Source: Microbotryum violaceum
Lineage: Eukaryota
Assembly (NCBI GenBank): GCA_001244265.2
Contig: LN717261.1
Location: forward strand, 186,001 to 250,000
Length of the DNA stretch: 64,000 nt
Reading direction: 5' to 3'
Numbering within the stretch: the stretch's first letter is position 1; each line of letters starts with the position of its first letter. Positions 55,901 to 64,000 of the stretch are shown piece after piece. Position numbers and translations under genes: made by a program. Below the pieces are notes generated by a model that had not been told where the DNA came from, searched no databases, and was given only the letters and a program-made list of their open reading frames with translations.

Positions 55901-58748
55901 GCATTGCCTACCAGGATATGCTCACCATCCTGGGCGGACTGGAGTCGCGTCGTACTCTGTCTCGTCGTGATGTGGTCGGGCGTGATCGTCAAGACGACAA
56001 TGCAACACATCGGGCATTCTCCAAGGCGACGCTCGAACTCGTAACCGAACTCGCCGAAGACAAAAAACTCGACCCCGATGCGGTCGTATATCTCTTATGT
56101 GGCGAGTTACACGATGCCATCCAGAACTGGTCGCTTCAGCCCCTTGAACGTATCAGGATGTTGCTCGTTGTCAGATATACGTTCGAGGCGTGGTATGACT
56201 TTGTCCGAAGTCGCCCCGGATCTAGCTCTCACTCGTTCCTCGCCAAAGAAACGCTTGATGGGGTCAGGAAGATGGTTGACTCAACGATTGCTTTCGTCCG
56301 CAACTACCGAGATTTTTGGCCGAAGGAATCGTTCATTCCCTGGCGGCATGGCACAGAAATGGTGGAGCACTTCTTCGGGGGTATACGCCAGATTGTAAAG
56401 GAGTTCGATGCTCTAGAGTTCTTGCAGGTGCGTTCTTCATAAATCAATCTAAACTATACAGTAGTTAACCCGGCTAGAATCCGACAGGCAACTGGCAAAG
56501 TCACTGCACTCTTGGAGCTCATGAGGAAGTTTAAGACCGAGGCGGCGGGATCACGTCAAGGCTACCATCATACCTACAACGACCTCGACGATCTTGACCT
56601 TGTTGCGATGCGAACGTACCCCAGTGATGGCGACGTCTCTCTCACCAGTTTTGCAGCGGCAAATACTGCGCGTGAACTGCTTTCAGGTTTACGCATGTGG
56701 GAGCCTGTGCAACGCATCGCGTCCAACAGACGCAACCAAGGTCCGCAACCTGACATACTCGTCGAGGACGTACTCGCCCATGGCACAACAGTTCAAGGTA
56801 GTTCCGAACGACTTGGTCTACAAGTGATGCGTATCTGACACGGGATACCATGCCCACTTTAAGTAGATCTTGAAGACCATCATCCTACCAAGGAAGATCA
56901 AGGTCTGCTCCGCACCGAATTGCTGGATTCTGCTCTTGATGGCCTGCGGCGTAGCACGTGCCAAGGTGTTGTGAAACTGGACCCAAACGAGCGGGAAGCT
57001 GTCGACCGTGCAATTCGATTGCTTGCAGCTCTGGACTTTGACGTTGAGGCAGCCTTGTGAGTGGACACTTCACTGTGCCACGTGCGCTGAAGCGTTCTTC
57101 TAACTTTTAATCCGGACCTCATATTGGTCTCCTTTCTCATTGGCCAGACTCGACGTGCAAATCGCTTACGACGAAGCTGACAGACAAGCTGAGGAACGCT
57201 ACGTACTCGAGACCATTGAGAAGGCAAACAGCTCATTACGTCCAATCGTGCGTCTACCAAGCTTAACTAGCGTAATTTCGATCTGAACTCATGCATCTTC
57301 GGTACTATACAGCCTACACACTTGAAACTTCCGCCTCTTGTTGATGCTCGCGATACCAGTTTCTCGCTGAACTGGGCCAGCTTGATTGCCCATCGAGCTG
57401 CTCATGAGTGTAGCCACCTCAGAGCTGTTCTACTCAAAGGGAGGCCAATGGAATTGAGCGACACAAGCCGCGGAGAGGCAGGCTTAGAGATTAGCAATAC
57501 AGAGCAAGGACGCAGTGCAGTACATTCACGCGTCTTGAAAGGGTTGGTGCAGTCCATGGGACCATCTCGCTTCGAAGACATTGCGGGCACCGCAAGGAGC
57601 TTTCGCTGGACTGGAGGTGGCCAGGTGGCCCGAGCGCTCACAACAAACGAGATTCAGAAGAACGCCTATATTGAGGATGGTCGCATTCAAGTGAGTTGTT
57701 GCTGAATTTAGGAACGAAGACAACTGGATCTAATGTTTTGCCGGTCCTGTGCTTTTAGGAAAAGCTCCCTGAGAGACACAAGCAGTATGGAGCGCTAGCA
57801 CAACGCTATCCTCATTTTGGATCGCTTGACGGAGCTGTAACCGCTGCCACACCATTGGAGATTGGATCTCTGATCTGCTTTGGCCTCAAGTGTGGCATGC
57901 ATTCACTCAGCTGCGATCAAACTGTTTATGGAGAAGAAGCGCTGTCTATCGGAATTGGTACGCGCGTTGTTTTGAGTGGCAGTTGAGGAAGTTCTCGTTT
58001 GACACAAGTATTGTGTCCTACAGTGCGACACATCTACAGCAGAGTGACACCAAACCACTGCAACCAAGACACGCTCGCCTCGTTGGTTCTACTCTCAGAT
58101 GTCGTCGTACAGGAGCTTCGCCTCATCAAGAAAACATGCTATTCCACACACCTCATTGATGGCACTATGCCGTTCCGCATGATTGATGGTCGACAGGTCA
58201 TCGAGTCATTAGGCCCGTCAACGACTACATATCGTTCAACCACGGACCTTACCTCACGTTACCCGGACGAGCGCCTAATCAGCACGAGCGCACATGCCGA
58301 GCAAAGGTTTGCCGCCCTTCGGAGCGTGCCCGGCCTGCGAGATGCCGCCGGCAGAACCTCTACAAGTCGCACAAATGCCACCGCGGAAACAAGGAGCTCA
58401 ACTTCAACAAAAAGGAAGTCTGACAACGAAGCAGCGAGCCAGCCAGCAAAGCAAGGAAGGCTTGTTTGAAGCCTGGAGCCACGCGCAACACCAGCCGAAG
58501 CGACGCGCGCCGCAATCCACTTTCGATAGGCCGCGGCGCGCCCGCAAACGCTCGGAACGCGTTTTCAAGGACTTTGAGCGATTTTTGGAGCATGTAGAAC
58601 ACATTTTGATAATATTTCCGAGGCGCATGTGAAATTTTGACATTTTGGGGCCAAAATAGGGTAAAAAACTTTGACAAAAAGGCCAAGAAAGGGCGTTTAT
58701 CCGCATGCGCCTCTGGCTGGGCTTTCGGGGATCCTCCCGGGGGTACAC
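52999..58748 (+). mobile_element. Inner TIR-bounded unit encoding a Ulp1-protease/P-element-like transposase
   Basis: Ends 'GTGTACCCCCG(A)GGGAGGA(T)CCCCGAAAGCCCAGCC.GAGGCG' inverted at 52999 and 58748; subterminal 'GAGGCGCAT...TTGACATT' repeats; no TSD seen. Confidence 0.7.
53329..58469 (+). pseudogene. Ulp1/C48 SUMO-protease domain fused to a P-element/THAP9-like DDE transposase, with introns, stops and frameshifts
   Basis: C48 'SHWVLARIN...INSL...QQEDSYSCG'; transposase 'LHVDDTK', 'SISADGA', D(2)H 'DGKHLAKCLRN', 'DRQDD' and 'EMVEHFFGGIRQ'; in-frame stop at 54721. Confidence 0.72.
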
Positions 58749-58840
58749 GTCGCGCCTCGCGTCACCTCACGTCACCGAGCGCGCGCGCTCTCCTCTCACA
58801 GCATCACCGACACCGCGCGCGTCACAGCCGATCCGATCCG

Positions 58841-59210
58841 ATGCCCTCAGCGAATCACGACAAGTTACAATCAGCGATTCTCTCTGCGGGACACAAAGGT
58901 CAAGGTCATCGAGTATTTGCACGAGACAAGATATACTGGCCACCTGGCACATTGCCTGTCCCAGGCGGGAAGCAACTTGAATACGTAGTCGGCACCGAGC
59001 GCGTCGGACCTATATGAAAGCTTGCAGTTTATGCAAGCGACTCGGCCAACAACGAGCTTTGCTACTACGAAGTCATTGACGCCTCAGCACCAAGCTGCCA
59101 CTATATCGATGCCGAGTTTACGCGCCCTTCCATTGACAATTCAGCAGAAAAGGCATTGATTACGCGTAATGCAGCGTCGTATTTCCCTGGCACATATGGT
59201 CAGCTAGCCA
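58841..59210 (+). pseudogene. Decayed ORF of unknown function within the large element
   Basis: ATG at 58841 just downstream of the shared terminal motif; protein-like frame interrupted by one TGA at 59015-59017. Confidence 0.3.
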
Positions 59211-59811
59211 GTTCGGACACCTTGCGATGTTGCGTCTGCAGGTCAGAACTGCCGAACTACCTTGTTCCCCGCTTCTGTTTTATATCTTTTGTTCCAGCGT
59301 TAACGAATAATCTCGGCTTTCATTCTCACCGCGGGCACACCGTTTGGAGAACCCAACGCGAAGCGTGTTATTACGGACATTCTCGACAGCTTGAAGGTTC
59401 TGCTCTCACTTCGCCGGCGTCTCGGGGGGTCCGAAGAGGTAGTCGGAGAAATTTGGGTGCTTTGCTGTTGTCACCCCTAAGCTCTGGGGCGAGCTTAACT
59501 GCAGTTTGACATTAGGTAGGATGCGTGAGTGCTTTATTTGGACATCCATTATTTGCCTGAATTGAATGTACGGAGTAAAGTCTGAAACGTTAGGCGTCAG
59601 TAAATCTATTTGCTTTGCGATCAAAATCGCGTCGCATAATTGATCAACGGACGAATCAGCTAGTCAAGATGCGTGGAAACTTGTTGAATACCTCTTGCCA
59701 CACACAGGTCAATATCACCTCAACGACTACAAAAAGTTTGGCAATCTATCTCAACGCGCGATAGGCGCACCAACAATATACTGAACAACAGAAGCGTAGT
59801 CGGATTCGGAA

Positions 59812-61654
59812 TCAGGATGTTGCAGCTCCCAAATCAGCATCAGAATCGGAATTAGAATTAGAATCAGAACCAAGATCAGAAGCAGAAGCAGAATCAGATC
59901 CAGAGACTTGGTCTTCTGGCTCCGTTTCCAACTGTCCGGTTGTCACAGTACCTTCAGCACGAGTGCGGTCAAAAGAGCCCTGGCCTATCTCCTCTTTGAG
60001 TGAGAAAGTAAGGCCACCCTGTCGCATCATCCGCAACGGTCGGCTTCTTGCCCTTTGTGGGACTGCGGAAATCACGCTCTTGAAGACCATTTCCGAACTC
60101 GACAATAAGAGCGATTGGATCCTTCGCAAGAGTTGCCTGGTTATAACTCGTAAGCTTGGAAAGCACGTAGGGCTGAGTAGATCTACTTCTCTGGTGGCGA
60201 CGATGGAGCGCTTGATCTGCACGGCCACAGATGTTCAGTACTAGGCTGCAAAATGTGGGCACAGAGCCGTGGAATGGTTGCTCACTATAGTGATCGTCGA
60301 TTATGATGCTATACCATGCGCAGAGCACTCGTTGAGACGCCTTGTCAACATCGCCATGGTTAGCTGCTCATCAGATTTTGGAATCAGCGCCAATCCATCA
60401 CCGAGCACAAAATACGTTCTAAAGCTTGCTTGACAAACCCCGCATCTTATATTGTTTATTTTGCTCCTGATTAAACCGAGACCCATTAACGCAATCCATG
60501 AAGTTGACTAGAATATCTTTTTGCTGGTCAGAATCCCAGCCTTGGCGACGCATGAAAGCTGCGCCGCCAAGCGTAGAAACGATAAAACGATCATTTTTTC
60601 GTTCTCGAGCTTGTTCGAGCTGACGATGACTAACGCGTCGAAGCCGTAGCCCTCAGCATACTGCTCAACCTAATTCAGTGCCGAGCTACGTAAGTCAGCA
60701 GGGGGAACTTGGCCTTTGAGGAGGCGGAAACGGAGAGCCGAGTCTTCACGGACCAGCTCGTTCATCGCATTTTCGTATCTGCGCCGCAGTTTGGAGATGG
60801 TAGCAGAATCGATTCGCCATCGCTTGAGGGGCCGAGCGGTCTCCTTTCGATCACGCGCTTCACTTGCCCTCGCTTCCTTCCATTGTTCCCAGAGTTCTGG
60901 TGAGTTTTTGACTTGTTCCCAGTAGCGTGATCCAATCGCCTGTAGCGCAGAGAAGTCTTTCGGGACTTTGTAGGGGTCCGAGTGATGGATTTGTCTGTCA
61001 GAGTAGCGTCTTGTAATGGAGAGTAAACGGTTTCGGGATGAGTCAGGAAGGCAGACGCTACACTTACCCTCGAGTCCGTTCTTTTCGAGGAGACAACGGA
61101 AGAAGCGGCTGGTCTTGAAGTCATTCCAGTCGTTTCGGTCGTTGCTTCGAGTCGCAGGGGGCGTGTACGAGTCGAGATCGTCGTCCCGAACTCCATGCCG
61201 CAAACAGTATTGCATCTTTTCGAGGCGACGTTGCAAGTTATAGAGCACGTGGGTCTCCTTTTGCGACGATGACAGGCGCGAAGTCGAAGGCAACGCTCGA
61301 ACGGCATCGTGGAGGGCTCGGATCTCATCCTGAACCTCTTCGATTCGATGACTCATTGAGTTGGACGAGTTGGACGTGGTCGGCCTTGAGGCGAGCGTCG
61401 TGCTTCGTCCATCTTCCGCGATGCTGGAAGCAGAAATGTGGTGCTGTTGTGTCTGAACGGTCGCTGAGGACGACAGTACAGACCCCATTTCGGGCTGCTG
61501 GTCGATTGCACCGAAGCATCTTCGGCGGTAACAACGAGGAATGAGGAGTAGGGTCAGCAGACAATAACAAAACAATCAAGACACGAGGACGCGTCTCACG
61601 GTCGGGAGCGGCAAACGCTGACGCGTTGCTGGGAGCAGACAGGAGAGGCAACAT
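59812..61654 (-). CDS. Element-borne multi-exon hypothetical gene with an HMG-box-like segment and acidic S/D tail
   Basis: Begins inside the right IR (MLPLLSAP); 301-aa ORF with 'FSALQAIGSRYWEQVKNSPELWEQWKEA'; (GATTCT)n-encoded tail. Exon structure uncertain. Confidence 0.4.
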
Positions 61655-62779
61655 ATCGTATGGTCGGATGGCTTCGAGTCAAGATATACGACCGAAAGCG
61701 GAAGGGAACAGAAAGTAGTAAGACCAGGACTGTGATCGATAACGGCGCGTCAAGCGGCAACGCTATCGCTCGCTCGCGCTCAGGCTCGCTACGGCTCGCT
61801 CGTTCTGCCAGCGTGGTGAGACGGCACGTGACCTAATCACCTCCATCAATGCTACCTTGTCCCCTCCGCTAATGATGTAATGATGTAATGATGTTCTAAT
61901 CGAGCTTCTTCTCGCTACTAATCTAAAGGAGAAATTGAGGATGAGTGTTCCAAATATGCTTTATACACAATGGCAGCATTTATAAGATTGGATTACCCCG
62001 ATACGAGCTCGCACGTACATGAGATGAACGTGTTGAAGGCCACACCAGCCTCCATGTTGCGCTAGTCCTCGCGCCATCCAGCAACCCGGGTTGCAGGGGG
62101 GGCAACATGTATGGCTACGCCGCGCAGAAGCGAGGGTGGAGGCGCGCTGCGCGCGCCACTTTTTAGCGTGCTTATATATATAGCCAGAGGTGAATAGAGG
62201 TAGTAAAGGCCCAAAAAGGGCGTTTTTCCACGTGCGCCTCTGGCTGGGCTTTCTGGGGTCCTTCCTCCCTGCTATTCGCGCGATTGACCTAATTCCGATT
62301 TATATTCGCCCGTCCTTTGTCAGACACCGTGCCACCCGTGCCACCACCTCATCGTCAGCGACACCTAGTTTTCATCTCGCCTGTCCCTCGCACTGCTTCA
62401 TACCTCCTACTCCAGGCGTCCAGTTGCTGTTCAGTGATCATCACCAATCGCGTGCTCGATCCGCTCCGCTTACTGGTCCTCGTGAGTTGCAACCTGCAAC
62501 GCAGGCCCTGCGCTGCCCGCAAGGCCGGCGATGCGCCTCGTCCAAACGTAAGTCTCCCGTCGCTTACTTTGTCGGCGCCGCCTTCATCTCGCTACAGATT
62601 AATAGGACGTCCATAATCTGCCTCGTAACCTCTTTGATTCCCTTGGCGCATCCGACCATTGCACCTGCCTTCGTCCTCGCGCTTCGAAGCCACCTCAATC
62701 TCGATCTCAAACAATCCTCGAGAGCACGCAAACCTAGGCTCTACCACTCCCGCGTTTCCTGGACGATTCGCGATATATC

Positions 62780-64000
62780 ATGGCCGATTTTGTCAAATTG
62801 AGCATTTTTGGTACTGTGTTCGAGGTGACGACGTAAGTTGACGGTGCGCCAGTGCTGTGATTCACGCCGAGCACTGTCAATGTGCACGCGTGCGCTTGCT
62901 CATCCTCGGTCCAGCCGCGCCTGGCGGGCTGGGCCCTCCGAGGGTGATCTGCACACTTCGGATCCGAGTGCGGTGACGCAGGCGTTGATGTAGATCGGAG
63001 CAACATATACATGTCCGGGGAGGGCTTCCGACTATGGATCGTGACTGGCCCTTGCTTCGTTTCCATTTGCGGCTGCTGATTGCCGTGCCAATCGCCTTGC
63101 TCGACCAGTCGTTATGTCGATCTGCAGCCTGTTGGGATGGGCGCCTTCGGTCTGGTGTGCTCTGCAAAGGATGAGGTCAGTGCTATGTCTGCAGCTTCAT
63201 TGATGTGATTCCTGATCGTAACTGAGGCGGCTGGAACGTTATGACCTCGGTTCCCTTTGGCTCGTCGAGTAACAGTTGACTGGAACTTCAGCCGCCATCA
63301 AGAAGATGTAAGCCTTTCGGAGCCAGCGAACTTCGTCTCTCTTGTCTGAACTGGCCGAACGTCGATTAACCCGTCGGCAACATCTTTTGCTCGTACAGCA
63401 TGAAGCCATTCAGTGCGTAGGCGTTTTGCTCGGTTCCACACGTTTCGAAAGAAGCTTACACCGCGATCCTTCCGCAAACCCACTTTCTCCTTCCCTGCCA
63501 CTCCCACAGGCACACCCGTACTTGCCAAGCGAACGTATCGCGAGCTCAAGCTGCTGAAACACATTCAGCACGAAAATATCATCTCCTTGTCCGACATCTT
63601 TATCTCCCCCCTGGAGGACATCTACTTTGTCACCGAACTGCTCGGAACGGATCTGCACCGACTTCTGACCAGTCGCCCGCTGGAGAAGCAATTTATTCAG
63701 TACTTCTTGTACCAAATCTTGGTACGTCCTCGGGCCTTCGTCCCCTTTCACCTTAACCGCAGCGCATACTCCTGCTGACTTTCTTTTCTCCTGCCCTCTG
63801 GTTTCCTACTTCGCGATGCAGCGTGGACTCAAGTATGTTCACTCCGCCGGAGTCGTCCATCGTGATCTTGTCAGTCTATCTGTCCCACAGCAGTTTCTAG
63901 AGATGGCCGAGTCAAGGAACTGTGCTTAACCTCTTTTGACTCTGGATTACATACACAGAAACCTTCCAACATCCTCGTCAACGAGAACTGCGATCTCAAA
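62780..64000 (+). CDS. HOG1: Stress-activated MAP kinase Hog1 (5' part; runs off the window), with micro-exons
   Basis: '[39 protein letters not shown]', '[22 protein letters not shown]', '[30 protein letters not shown]'. Confidence 0.97.

Larger units (their letters stand above)
40717..62262. mobile_element. Large multi-gene element bounded by ~660-bp inverted repeats (left arm split by a Helitron)
   Basis: 61604-62262 is the reverse complement of 40717-40784 joined to 45033-45625. No TSD recognised. Confidence 0.7.

Overview
Intron-rich fungal genomic DNA, most likely a basidiomycete (a Pucciniomycotina/Microbotryum-like lineage is my inference from gene style and TE content). Host genes: a LIM-binding/Mfg1-like regulator, catalase, a membrane RING-H2 E3 ligase, ATG7, dUTPase, kinesin-3 (Unc104/KIF1) and the 5' part of HOG1. 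Two large TE blocks interrupt them. (1) An 11.6-kb Mutator-like element (189-bp TIRs, 9-bp TSD) encoding a decayed GCM-type MULE transposase apparently fused to a USP-like protease, with a young Ty1/copia nested inside; KDZ transposase and GH3 remnants follow. (2) A 21.5-kb multi-gene block between the divergent kinesin and HOG1 genes, bounded by ~660-bp inverted repeats. It holds a Ulp1-protease/P-element-like transposase unit, HMG-box-like genes, a recurrent GTGTACCCCCGGGGGTACAC palindrome, and nested Helitron and copia remnants. The most intriguing non-coding signal is a ~1.7-kb intergenic region (~6480-8150) with no convincing coding ORF and many long hairpins. Its layout (TATA box, boundary helix, C-rich template-like stretch, pseudoknot, P6.1-like hairpin) resembles a telomerase RNA. 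All calls are from manual reading; no searches were run.
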